Origin: an uncultured cyanobacterium
GTDB taxonomy: Bacteria > Cyanobacteriota > Cyanobacteriia > Cyanobacteriales > CAWUOF01
Reading direction: 5' to 3'
NCBI GenBank assembly: GCA_963744145.1
Contig: CAVUSO010000001.1
Coordinates: 5,344,001 to 5,408,000 of the forward strand
Length of the DNA: 64,000 nt
Made by a program: the position numbers and the translations under genes. A model generated the notes under the pieces. That model ran no database searches. It was not told the origin of the DNA and saw only the letters and a program-made list of their open reading frames with translations. Below are positions 55,504-64,000 of this stretch, one piece after another (position 1 is the first letter of the stretch; each line of letters starts with the position of its first letter).

Positions 55504-55779
55504 ATGGAATTTGAATGGAATCCAGATAAAGCAACGCGAAACTTTGAGAAGCATGCTGTTTCATTTCAGGAAGCAGCAACTGTATTTAATGACCCCCTAT
55601 CTGTCACATTTCTCGATCCTCAGCATTCCATCAGAGAGCATCGCTATGTTATAATTGGCAGATCTGTTTTTGGGCAACTTTTAATTGTTGCACATACTGA
55701 TCGAAAAGAAAAAATACGAATTATCAGCGCCCGAAAAGCTACTCGCCAAGAGCAGAGGTTTTATGAAGAAGGATATTGA
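55504..55779 (+). CDS. BrnT-family toxin
   Basis: MEFEWNPDK..NFEKHAVSF, RIISARKAT. Confidence 0.9.
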   Translation: MEFEWNPDKATRNFEKHAVSFQEAATVFNDPLSVTFLDPQHSIREHRYVIIGRSVFGQLLIVAHTDRKEKIRIISARKATRQEQRFYEEGY

Positions 55780-56008
55780 GAACGAAATGGAAGATGAATT
55801 ACTTTCTGAGTATAACTTTGCTCAGATGTCAGGAGGTGTTAGAGGTAAGTATGTTGAACGATATCGTGCAGGGACAAACTTAGTGCTTTTAGATCCCGAT
55901 GTTGCCCAAGCTTTTCCCAATGAGACAGCAGTAAATGACGCACTGAGGATGTTAATCCAGATTGCACAGCGTCAACAATTAAATCCTGTGGTGCAACAGA
56001 CGGAATAA
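55763..56008 (+). CDS. BrnA-like antitoxin
   Basis: Overlaps the toxin stop; EYNF...GVRGKY, LDPDVAQAFP...VNDALR. Confidence 0.8.
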   Translation: MKKDIENEMEDELLSEYNFAQMSGGVRGKYVERYRAGTNLVLLDPDVAQAFPNETAVNDALRMLIQIAQRQQLNPVVQQTE

Positions 56009-56024
56009 AAATTATCAGTGAGAT

Positions 56025-56053
56025 GCGTAGGTGTAGCCAGCCGCAGGCATCGC
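56025..56053. repeat. SDR5-like 21-nt element inserted in a HIP1 site (GCG-21nt-ATCGC)
   Basis: GCG|TAGGTGTAGCCAGCCGCAGGC|ATCGC. Confidence 0.65.
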
Positions 56054-56115
56054 AATTCCGGGACTTCCGAATAATCAGGTAGTAATATAGAGATAATTTC
56101 TAGAAGGCAATAAAT

Positions 56116-56490
56116 ATGACAACCCTAACCAACGAACAAACAGCGATTATCCGGACAGAAAGAGGACTGGCGATCGCAGGTACACGCATCACGATCTACG
56201 ACATTATGGACTATGTGACGGCTCAATATCCGCCGAAGTTTATCAGGGGATTATTTGACCTGACAGAGGAACAAATTAACGCGGCTTTAGCTTATATTGA
56301 TGTCAATCGTGCCAGTGTTGAAGCCGAGTATCAAATGGTTCTTAAGGAAGCAGAAGAACTGCGACTGTACTATGAAGAAAAAAATCGCGATCTCATTGCT
56401 CGACTTGCAGCCCAACCACCACAACCAGGAACCGAAGCTGCATGGGAAAAACTGCGAGCAGCCAAGGCAAAACGTGAGGCTAAAGCATGA
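56116..56490 (+). CDS. DUF433-family antitoxin-like protein
   Basis: IAGTRITIYDI...LTEEQINAALAY. Confidence 0.85.
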   Translation: MTTLTNEQTAIIRTERGLAIAGTRITIYDIMDYVTAQYPPKFIRGLFDLTEEQINAALAYIDVNRASVEAEYQMVLKEAEELRLYYEEKNRDLIARLAAQPPQPGTEAAWEKLRAAKAKREAKA

Positions 56491-56883
56491 TTTTTTTTGA
56501 TCGATCATAATCTCAATGGACAGGCCCTAATTTTCTTTGGCTCTATTGCTAATCAAGGTTGGCTTGATATCATTCCAATTCGTTTTGTTACCTTTGCACA
56601 AATGGAATTGCCAATCAATAGCGATGACAGAGTAGTTTGGCGACTTGCTCAAGCAAATCAAATGATTTTACTTACAGCTAGTCGCAGTATGAAAGGTAAG
56701 GATTCTTTAGAACAAATAATGCGCGAAGAAAATACTCCTAATTCATTACCTGTGATTACTATTGGAAACGCGGATCGATTACTGAATGATTCGGAATATC
56801 GAGAACGTTGTGTGGAAAGTCTAATTGAGATTGTGCTTAATATTAATAGCTATATAGGTGTAAGTAGGCTTTTGATCCCATAA
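56487..56883 (+). CDS. DUF5615/PIN-like toxin partner; ATG at 56487 is out of frame by one T in a T8 run
   Basis: IDHNL, SDDRVVW..AQ....LLT motifs; ATGA overlap with the DUF433 stop. Confidence 0.75.
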
Positions 56884-57167
56884 TGTGGGGTCGGGAGATT
56901 GTAGAAATAGTGCGATCGCCCTCAGTTTTTATGAGAACCGCAAAGATGCAGAGGGAAAGATAATTGTAAATTTTTGAGGCGATCGCACTTTACTTTTTTC
57001 CGGGTTCTGAAGTGAGAGGAGAGATGAATTTATGGAAGCAATCTTAACCCCGATTTGGTTTTAGCGATCGCCATAATTGACTATCCAGTTTCTAGCGATC
57101 GCAATTTTCATCTCCAAATAAGGATTAATTAGTTAAACTAGAGGGATCAAAATGGAGGAAACGCCGG

Positions 57168-57989
57168 ATGGTACAAAAATTACCAACCCCAACTCAACCA
57201 GAGGTCATTTACCCGGATGATGATGGTCTACCCATGTCAAATAATACTGAACAATTTCGTTGGATCGTCATTATTAAAGAAAATTTAGAGCTGTTATTTG
57301 CTAAATCGACGGAAGTATTTGTCGCGGGAGACTTGCTCTGGTATCCGGTAGAAGGAGATAACACAATTCGTCAAGCACCAGATGTGATGGTTGTGTTTGG
57401 CAGACCAAAAGGAAGAAGAGGTTCCTATCAACAATGGTTAGAAAATCACATCGTACCCCAGGTGGTATTTGAAATTTTATCTCCAGGAAATCGCCGACTA
57501 GAGATGGCCAAAAAGTTCGAGTTTTATGACCAGTATGGAGTGGAGGAATATTATATTTATGATCCTCAGAAGGTAAAATTAACAGGATTAATTCGTACTC
57601 AAACCAAATTAGCAGCAATCAGAGAAATGAATGGTTGGGTCAGTCCGCGATTGGGGATCAGGTTTGAGTTAACATCAGATACCTTGGTAATTAGGCGTCC
57701 GGATGGGGGGCGATTTCTGAGTACCTTAGAATTAGATGCGGTTCGAGAACAGGAATATCTGCGGGCCGAACAGGAACGTCTTCGTGCTGAACAGGAACAT
57801 CTTCATGCCCAACAGGAACGTCAACGCGCTCAAGAACAGACCCAATTAGCTGAACAAGAGCGTTTGCGGGCCGAACAGGAACGTCTGAGGGCTGAACAAG
57901 AACGTCTTCGTGCTGATCAAAATTATCAACAATATCAAGATTTGTTACAAAAATTGCAAGAAAAAGGAATTAATCCCGAACAATTATAA
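57168..57989 (+). CDS. Uma2-family (DUF820) endonuclease-like protein with an RAEQERL coiled-coil tail
   Basis: APDVMV, PQVVFEILSPGN, YGVEEYYIYDP; heptad repeats at ~57760-57920. Confidence 0.9.
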   Translation: MVQKLPTPTQPEVIYPDDDGLPMSNNTEQFRWIVIIKENLELLFAKSTEVFVAGDLLWYPVEGDNTIRQAPDVMVVFGRPKGRRGSYQQWLENHIVPQVVFEILSPGNRRLEMAKKFEFYDQYGVEEYYIYDPQKVKLTGLIRTQTKLAAIREMNGWVSPRLGIRFELTSDTLVIRRPDGGRFLSTLELDAVREQEYLRAEQERLRAEQEHLHAQQERQRAQEQTQLAEQERLRAEQERLRAEQERLRADQNYQQYQDLLQKLQEKGINPEQL

Positions 57990-58205
57990 GCTATTAGCGC
58001 GATCGCTTCTTAGCTATTTAGATCAGGCGCGATCGCACTTTAAATGGATGAGCGCTAGGTTTTGATTAGCCTCAGAACCAACAGCGATTATCCGGATAGA
58101 AAAAGGACTCGCGATCGCCATGTGATTACCAACAAATATACAGTGTTCTAACTACTATAATTTACCTGTTTGACTGAAAATTAATCTAAAGGTTAGGACA
58201 TCCTC

Positions 58206-58520
58206 TTAGGAAGACTTATTATTAATTAACTTTTTATCAAATTCAATAATATCAGCAATAGCTTCTAAATTATCAACTCTAGTTTGTAAAGTTTTAAATT
58301 TTTGATCGTTTTCTAGGTTTTTAGAATTTCCAAAAAACCAAATAGATGCAGTGCTTATAGCAACAGAAATAAGCACTGCAAAAGGCAGCCAAATGCCATT
58401 TTCTGTAAGAGCTAGGATTGGCACACAAGCTAAGAGTAAAAAAATCGATAAAACCCAAATCCAAATAGTTGCTACTAGACGAATATCTTTTTTTTGTTCG
58501 CCATACTCTAACTTAGCCAT
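58206..58520 (-). CDS. Small 2-TM membrane protein with a C-terminal coiled coil
   Basis: Two hydrophobic helices, LQTRVDNLEAI; AAGG RBS upstream. Confidence 0.7.
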   Translation of the reverse strand: MAKLEYGEQKKDIRLVATIWIWVLSIFLLLACVPILALTENGIWLPFAVLISVAISTASIWFFGNSKNLENDQKFKTLQTRVDNLEAIADIIEFDKKLINNKSS

Positions 58521-58565
58521 CAGATTTTACCTTTTCTACTGTATGAACTCAAGTGCTTGCTATTC

Positions 58566-59117
58566 CTAGTTAGAAGAATAAAGCGAAGTAGCAGTTTCCT
58601 GTGATGAAATATTAGGTTTCTGTGATTCTTTAAAAGGATTAATCCAGTCCCAAGCGTTCTTGGCAACAAAACCAACACCAACAGCAGTTGCTACAGGAAC
58701 CGCAGCTGAGACTGCTAATCCAGCAACCATTCCACCACCTACAATGCTACCAATTGCCGCTAAACCCGAAGTTACTCCAGCAGCACTTAGTCCAATTACT
58801 GAACCCGTACCTGAAACTGCTGTAATCGTAGCCATAGCTCCACCTACAGCTCCACCTACAGCTCCAATTCCAGCAGCTATAAGGTTACTATTGTCCGTTA
58901 CAGGAGGATCAACGTGTTTAACTGGTGTGGAAGAATTATTAATAGTCACATTAGTCACATTAACTTGCGTACATTCCGTGTGACTCATTTTGTCAGAAGA
59001 ACAGTTAAGAGTTTCAGCCCAAGCATCGCTATAGGGTAAGGTAAACTGAATAGTTACCAAAAATATAGTCAGAGTCATAACTGCAACTAACCGATGCCAA
59101 AAGCTTTTTGATTGCAT
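58566..59117 (-). CDS. Exported Gly/Ala-rich (glycine-zipper-like) protein
   Basis: Signal peptide ending AWA; GAVGGAVGG, GLSAAGVTSGLAAIG..VGGGMVAG hydrophobic hairpin. Confidence 0.75.
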   Translation of the reverse strand: MQSKSFWHRLVAVMTLTIFLVTIQFTLPYSDAWAETLNCSSDKMSHTECTQVNVTNVTINNSSTPVKHVDPPVTDNSNLIAAGIGAVGGAVGGAMATITAVSGTGSVIGLSAAGVTSGLAAIGSIVGGGMVAGLAVSAAVPVATAVGVGFVAKNAWDWINPFKESQKPNISSQETATSLYSSN

Positions 59118-59242
59118 AACTTTTTCCTGTTATTTGCTAATACGAATTACTTAGTTTACTGATAATTTTATTATATAAAATTTAGTTTTGACAACTCAAA
59201 ATAGTCTGATTTAGTACCCAATTTTTTTTAAATCCTAAACCA

Positions 59243-59296
59243 ATTTAGTAGAATTTGGTAGAATTTGGTTGACAAGATAGGATTTGGTAGGATATA
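59243..59296 (+). promoter_or_regulatory. 10-bp-periodic direct repeats (TTTGGTAGAA-like) overlapping the NB-ARC gene promoter
   Basis: tttagtagaa tttggtagaa tttggttgac aagataggat ttggtaggat; includes TTGACA. Confidence 0.6.
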
Positions 59297-59325
59297 GTTC
59301 AATAAATCTCACTCAACGCTGACCC

Positions 59326-60708
59326 ATGAATATTGAAGATATTTTACAATGGGCTGACAATTTGATTGTTGAAAAAACGGGAGAAAATCTCACACCCATA
59401 CATGAAGCAATACTAACGGGTGTTTGGCAAAGACAAAAATATTCTCAAATTGCTCAAGATTTCCATTGTAGTGAATCTCACATTAAAAAAGAAGCGGCTA
59501 AGTTATGGGAAAAGCTGGGTGAGGAATTAGGAGAAGATCTCAATAAATATAATTTTCTTTCCAAGTTAGAGAAAAAGCATAGGGTTTCGCAAGGATCTAA
59601 TTTTGGTTACTGCGTACAAATTAATGAGGGAAGTATTAATATTTGTGGTGAATGTTTACATTCTTTGAACAATTTACAAACGCGATCGCCCTCTCCCCCT
59701 GATTCTCCCCAAACCAAAAATGAATTTCCGCTCATCGATTTAACAGAAGCACCCGAATTAAATTGCCATGCCGATCGCACCTCAGAACTCTCCACCCTCA
59801 AACAATGGATTTTACAACACACTCGTCTAATTACTATCTACGGTTTAAGTGGAATTGGCAAAAGCGCGATCGCTCTCAAACTGATCGAACAAATCCAAAC
59901 TGAATTTGATTATATCATCTGGCAAAGTCTCAATAACACACCTACCCTTTTAACTCTCCAAACCAAACTCAAACAATTTTTTTCCCAATCCCAACCAACT
60001 CCATTACCCACATTTATCGATTATTTTCGCACCTCACGCTGTTTAGTAATTCTTGATGATTTGCAAAACATCTTTAAATCTGGTGAATTAGCTGGTCAAT
60101 ATTTAACGGACTATGAAGACTATGGCAAATTTTTTCAACAAATTGCCACATCATCTCACCCAAGTTGTTTAATTCTCCTCAGTTGGGAAAAACCCAGAGA
60201 AATTACTGCTTTAGAAGCAGTGAACAGTTCCACCCAAACTTTACAGCTCAAAGGTTTAGGGGAACAATCCACAGAAATTTTAGCGAGAAAAGGATTAACA
60301 GATCAGGAAAAATGGTCAGAATTAATTACTCTTTATCAAGGTCATCCTTTCTGGCTAAATATCATCGCTGCCACAATTTGGGAATTATTTGATGGGAGTG
60401 TATCTCTATTTTTAGCCGATGGAACTGATTTATTTTTAGGTGATTTATCACCAATTTTAGCAGCTCAATTAGAGCGGTTATCAACATCAGAAAAACAGGC
60501 GCTGTACTGGTTAGCTAGTCAAATTGAATCTATCGATATTTCTCAAAAATTTGCTGATTGCAATTTATCCAAACCTGAATTATGGTCAGCTATCCAATCT
60601 TTATCCAGACGTAGTTTAGTTGAAAAAGTGTCAGGAGAAGGGCGATCGATGTTTCACGTTAATTCCGTATTCAAAGCCTATATTCAGTCCCAAATAAATC
60701 TGATCTAA
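59326..60708 (+). CDS. N-terminal wHTH plus NB-ARC/STAND ATPase without C-terminal repeats
   Basis: LT...EAILTGVW..QKYSQIA HTH; GLSGIGKS, LVILDD, SWEKP, YQGHP. Confidence 0.88.
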   Translation: MNIEDILQWADNLIVEKTGENLTPIHEAILTGVWQRQKYSQIAQDFHCSESHIKKEAAKLWEKLGEELGEDLNKYNFLSKLEKKHRVSQGSNFGYCVQINEGSINICGECLHSLNNLQTRSPSPPDSPQTKNEFPLIDLTEAPELNCHADRTSELSTLKQWILQHTRLITIYGLSGIGKSAIALKLIEQIQTEFDYIIWQSLNNTPTLLTLQTKLKQFFSQSQPTPLPTFIDYFRTSRCLVILDDLQNIFKSGELAGQYLTDYEDYGKFFQQIATSSHPSCLILLSWEKPREITALEAVNSSTQTLQLKGLGEQSTEILARKGLTDQEKWSELITLYQGHPFWLNIIAATIWELFDGSVSLFLADGTDLFLGDLSPILAAQLERLSTSEKQALYWLASQIESIDISQKFADCNLSKPELWSAIQSLSRRSLVEKVSGEGRSMFHVNSVFKAYIQSQINLI

Positions 60709-60767
60709 CCTCTGGATAGTTGCACGACATTGAAAAGCAATTAAACTATAGAATTACTTTTTTCAAT

Positions 60768-61352
60768 TTATGACATCAACAATTTCATCAAATCATTCAC
60801 GGCATCATATTGATCAGACATCCGCGAATAAAATTCGATCAATCTCAAATCTAACTCTGGCAAAAGTTCACTCTTACTTACCAATTCATATCCGGTAGAA
60901 CGCAAACAATAAACTGAAATCACTCCATCTTCCCAGAACCAAACTTCCCCTACTCCCACTCGTCGATAAATTTCTAGTGTATCAATTCCACCACTAGTTA
61001 CTACTATCTCGATCGCCAAATCTGGAATTGACTTCTTTCTATCCAAACAATAAGACTCATCAGGTTCTTTCCTTGCCCCCAATTCCTTCATTCCAATCGT
61101 TGTACTACCACTTGCATAAAAACGAATGTTTTTTATTCGCATATATATTTCTAAAAGCTGACATAAAGTCTTTTTTGGTTCTTCATGAGCATCAGATAAG
61201 GGAGCCATAATTTCTAAATATCCATCTAAATAAGTTAAACGTGCGCCTGTTTTTGCTAACTCTACATCCAGCTTTTCCAAAGTCTCCCAGGTCAGATTTG
61301 ACAGTAATGCTCCACTTTGACCTAATTCTATTTGAGAAGTTGCAATAACCAT
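60768..61352 (-). CDS. Uma2-family endonuclease-like protein
   Basis: RLTYLDGYLEIMAP, EPDESY, PDLAIEIVVTS, GVGEVWFW. Confidence 0.9.
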   Translation of the reverse strand: MVIATSQIELGQSGALLSNLTWETLEKLDVELAKTGARLTYLDGYLEIMAPLSDAHEEPKKTLCQLLEIYMRIKNIRFYASGSTTIGMKELGARKEPDESYCLDRKKSIPDLAIEIVVTSGGIDTLEIYRRVGVGEVWFWEDGVISVYCLRSTGYELVSKSELLPELDLRLIEFYSRMSDQYDAVNDLMKLLMS

Positions 61353-61472
61353 CTGATTTACCGTTGATAATCATTTTTTCAGTATAGCTAATTTTTGGTA
61401 CGATCGCACATCTTAACCCCAAATAAGGATTAATTAGTTAAACTAGAGTAATCAAAATAGAGGAAACGCAGG

Positions 61473-62000
61473 ATGGTACAAAAATTACCAACCCCAACTC
61501 AACCAGAGGTCATTTACCCGGATGATGATGGTCTACCCATGTCAAATCATACTGAACAATTTCGTTGGATCGTCATTATTAAGGAAAATTTAGAGCTGTT
61601 ATTTGCTAAATCGACGGAAGTATTTGTCGCGGGAGACTTGCTCTGGTATCCGGTAGAAGGAGATAACACAATTCGTCAAGCACCAGATGTGATGGTCGTG
61701 TTTGGGAGACCAAAAGGAAGAAGAGGTTCCTATCAACAATGGTTAGAAAATCACATCGTGCCCCAGGTGGTATTTGAAATTTTATCTCCAGGAAATCGCC
61801 GACTAGAGATGGTCAATCGCGCTGATGTTGAAGCTGAGTATCAAATCGTGCTTAAGGAAGCTGAAGAACTGCGGCTGTATTATGAAAAAAAGAATCGCGA
61901 TTTGATTGCGAGAATTGCGGCGCAATCACCACAACCAGGAACCGAGGCTGCATGGGAAAAACTGCGAGCAGCTAAGGCTAAGTTTAAGTCTGAACTATAG
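61473..62000 (+). pseudogene. In-frame chimera: Uma2 5' half (copy of 57168) fused to a DUF433 3' half
   Basis: First ~113 aa near-identical to ORF 57168; after RRLEM it continues VNRADVEAEYQ...AAWEKLRAAKAK, matching ORF 56116. Confidence 0.8.
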
Positions 62001-62053
62001 TTTTTTATCCCAAAGTATGATAGAGTTAGTGTGTCAAAAAATAATTAAATACT

Positions 62054-62494
62054 ATGACTATTGAAAATCTGGAAGCTGAGGTTCTTGCACTTCCACAAGA
62101 CTCTCAAGTAATATTGCTCTCGCGACTCCTAAAACACTTGGGACAAAGTAGGGAAATTGATCCAGAAGTTGCATCTAGCTGGGGTGAGGAAGCCCAAAGA
62201 CGCGATCGCGAAATGGATAGTGGTGAAGTTACTGGCATTCCGGCTGAACAAGTCTTTGATAAACGGGGTAAAGAACTTTATGAAAATGTGATCCGCGCTC
62301 AAGTAGAAACACCGGAGAATATTGGCAAGATTGTTTCAATTAATGTGGAGACGGGTGAATATGAAATTGGTGAAGACTTGGTAGTAACGAGTCGCAAATT
62401 ACAGGCTAAACAGGCTAATGCAATAATTTGGGCGGAACGGATTGGTTTTGATGCGGTTTATGCTGTTGGTGGTACATTGGTCAGGACTGCATAA
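62054..62494 (+). CDS. Probable chimera: addiction-module antitoxin-like N half fused to the small protein that usually precedes clan AA proteases
   Basis: EVLALP...W.EEAQRRD....SGEV..IPAEQVF followed by RGKELYE..IR.QVE...GKIVSINVETGEY. Confidence 0.6.
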   Translation: MTIENLEAEVLALPQDSQVILLSRLLKHLGQSREIDPEVASSWGEEAQRRDREMDSGEVTGIPAEQVFDKRGKELYENVIRAQVETPENIGKIVSINVETGEYEIGEDLVVTSRKLQAKQANAIIWAERIGFDAVYAVGGTLVRTA

Positions 62495-62869
62495 ATGATG
62501 CAAGGAAATGTAGTTGGGCGACAAGCTAGAATTAGTTTAACTTTGCGTCTGCCAGAAAATTCAGATATAGAAATTGAGTGTGTTGTTGATACAGGTTTTG
62601 AAGGTTTCTTGACTTTGCCATCGACTGCGATTGCTAAACTTGCGTTGCCTGATCTTGGACAAATTAATGCAAAGTTAGCTGATCATTCTAATGTGGCAAC
62701 TAACGTTTATTTGGCAACGATTTTGTGGAATGGTGTAGAAAAAGATGTTGCAGTGCTAGGAATGGGTCGTCGTCCGCTCATTGGGACTGCACTACTTGAA
62801 GATTATCATCTCAGTATAGACTTCTGTGATGGTGGTACGGTTCTTGTCGATGATATTTTGCGATCGTGA
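62495..62869 (+). CDS. Clan AA (retropepsin-like) aspartic protease
   Basis: VVDTGFEGFLTLP and PLIGTALL motifs. Confidence 0.85.
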   Translation: MMQGNVVGRQARISLTLRLPENSDIEIECVVDTGFEGFLTLPSTAIAKLALPDLGQINAKLADHSNVATNVYLATILWNGVEKDVAVLGMGRRPLIGTALLEDYHLSIDFCDGGTVLVDDILRS

Positions 62870-63038
62870 GTGAGGAGGAATTTGATTGTAATTTTGGGTG
62901 CGATCGCAATTTGATTACCAACAGATATAGGGTGTGTCACCTGCGATAATTAATCGTATTAGTCAAAAATTGCCAGGTGACATACCCTACTACTAATTGC
63001 CAAAACATTAGTATTTTCATCTTTCATCTTTCATCTCA

Positions 63039-63767
63039 TCAAACTAGAGCTAAGAGAGCACCAATATTTTTTTTGACTTTATTTTCCTCTTCTAATCGTT
63101 TTTGTCTCTCTTTTCTTTCCGCTTCTTCTCTTTCTAATCTCTCTTTCCTTTTTCTTTCGTCTTTAGTTACTTCACGATAAATCAAATAACCAGCGCCACC
63201 AACAGCAGCCGCTCCAATTACCCAAGGTGCAGCAGCTCTTGGTGCTGCTCCTAAACCAGCAGCACCAAGAGCACCTTCACCCGAATTATGTCTATGAGGT
63301 GCATGATAGTGAGGCTGATGGGAATGTTTGTGATTAGATAAGTGACTGGAAGTTGAAGGTGCATATACCCTCTGCCAAAAGTACCATCCACAGTAAGGTA
63401 AGTGTCCTCTTGGTCCATTACCTTCCCAAAAAAAGATATCGTCATAGCTTAACCAAGAATCTCCTTTATACCATCCTACATTGGTAATAAACTGTTGATA
63501 ATTTTCCCGGTTATAGATGTCTTTTTGTGTGCTAAAGCCAAAGTGAGAACTACGATCTAGCCATAGCTGGTCGATTTCTTTAATTTCTTTGTCCAGGCAG
63601 TTATCAATATCTAAATATAAATAACTACCATCTTTTCGAGAAGATATTTTGAGCATCAAAACTTTGGTCAGTTGATCAGCTTCTTTCCACAGATTTGCTG
63701 CTAGTTTTTCCTTTAGCAAAGTCATTAATTGCGCTTGACCTTGATCGGCATATTCACTATAAGACAT
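63039..63767 (-). CDS. GUN4-like domain protein with a His-rich linker, one TM and a charged coiled coil
   Basis: L...LAANLWKEADQLT, IDQLW...S.HFGFSTQKDIY, VGW, PRGHLP. Confidence 0.75.
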   Translation of the reverse strand: MSYSEYADQGQAQLMTLLKEKLAANLWKEADQLTKVLMLKISSRKDGSYLYLDIDNCLDKEIKEIDQLWLDRSSHFGFSTQKDIYNRENYQQFITNVGWYKGDSWLSYDDIFFWEGNGPRGHLPYCGWYFWQRVYAPSTSSHLSNHKHSHQPHYHAPHRHNSGEGALGAAGLGAAPRAAAPWVIGAAAVGGAGYLIYREVTKDERKRKERLEREEAERKERQKRLEEENKVKKNIGALLALV

Positions 63768-63851
63768 AAAAAATCCCCCAATTTAGTCAAGCCCACTGGT
63801 GTTGTATTCACTAATTTTATTTTGTGCGTTTTAGCTTTGACAACTCCAAAC

Positions 63852-64000
63852 CGTGCAATATTAATATTTGTAATGAATTTGTACAAACTATTGAAGATAC
63901 AAAAACGCGCTCGCTATCTCCCCCAAACTCTCCCCAAACCCAAAATCAATCCCCCATAATCGACTTAACAGACGCGCCCGACTTCCCTGACTACTACGAT
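63852..64000 (+). pseudogene. 5'-deleted second copy of the wHTH-NB-ARC gene; continues beyond the window
   Basis: NINICNEFVQTIEDTKTRSLSPPNSPQTQNQSPIIDLTDAP aligns with SINICGECL...TRSPSPPDSPQTKNEFPLIDLTEAP of ORF 59326. Confidence 0.75.

Overview
AT-rich cyanobacterial chromosome segment, indicated by dense HIP1 GCGATCGC sites, psbO and sqdBX. Housekeeping genes: Omp85/bamA (runs off the left edge), purC, CyaB-type adenylate cyclase, sqdX/sqdB, galT, murD, glyS, sigF, psbO, alaS and mutL. The most striking block (9.3-25.5 kb) holds five co-oriented hybrid histidine kinases. Three of them are full fusions of an APC-type amino-acid-permease domain to PAS-HisKA-HATPase-REC, making them candidate transceptors. 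A fourth has lost most of the transporter through three internal deletions and also lacks its phospho-His. Other unexplained structure: two tandem promoter-to-terminator non-coding units between alaS and mutL, one with a perfect HLR1 box; a ~400-nt hairpin-rich leader/ncRNA between glyS and a GNAT gene; a 58-aa ORF missed by the ORF track; and a triplicated SGNH cluster. From 55.4 kb to the right edge lies a mosaic toxin-antitoxin/Uma2/NB-ARC island of duplicated fragments and chimeric genes. Two frameshifts share the context AGATTCT (for AGATCT) and are probably systematic sequencing errors. No rRNA, tRNA, CRISPR array, transposase or integrase was recognised. Family assignments come from motif recognition by eye, not from database searches.
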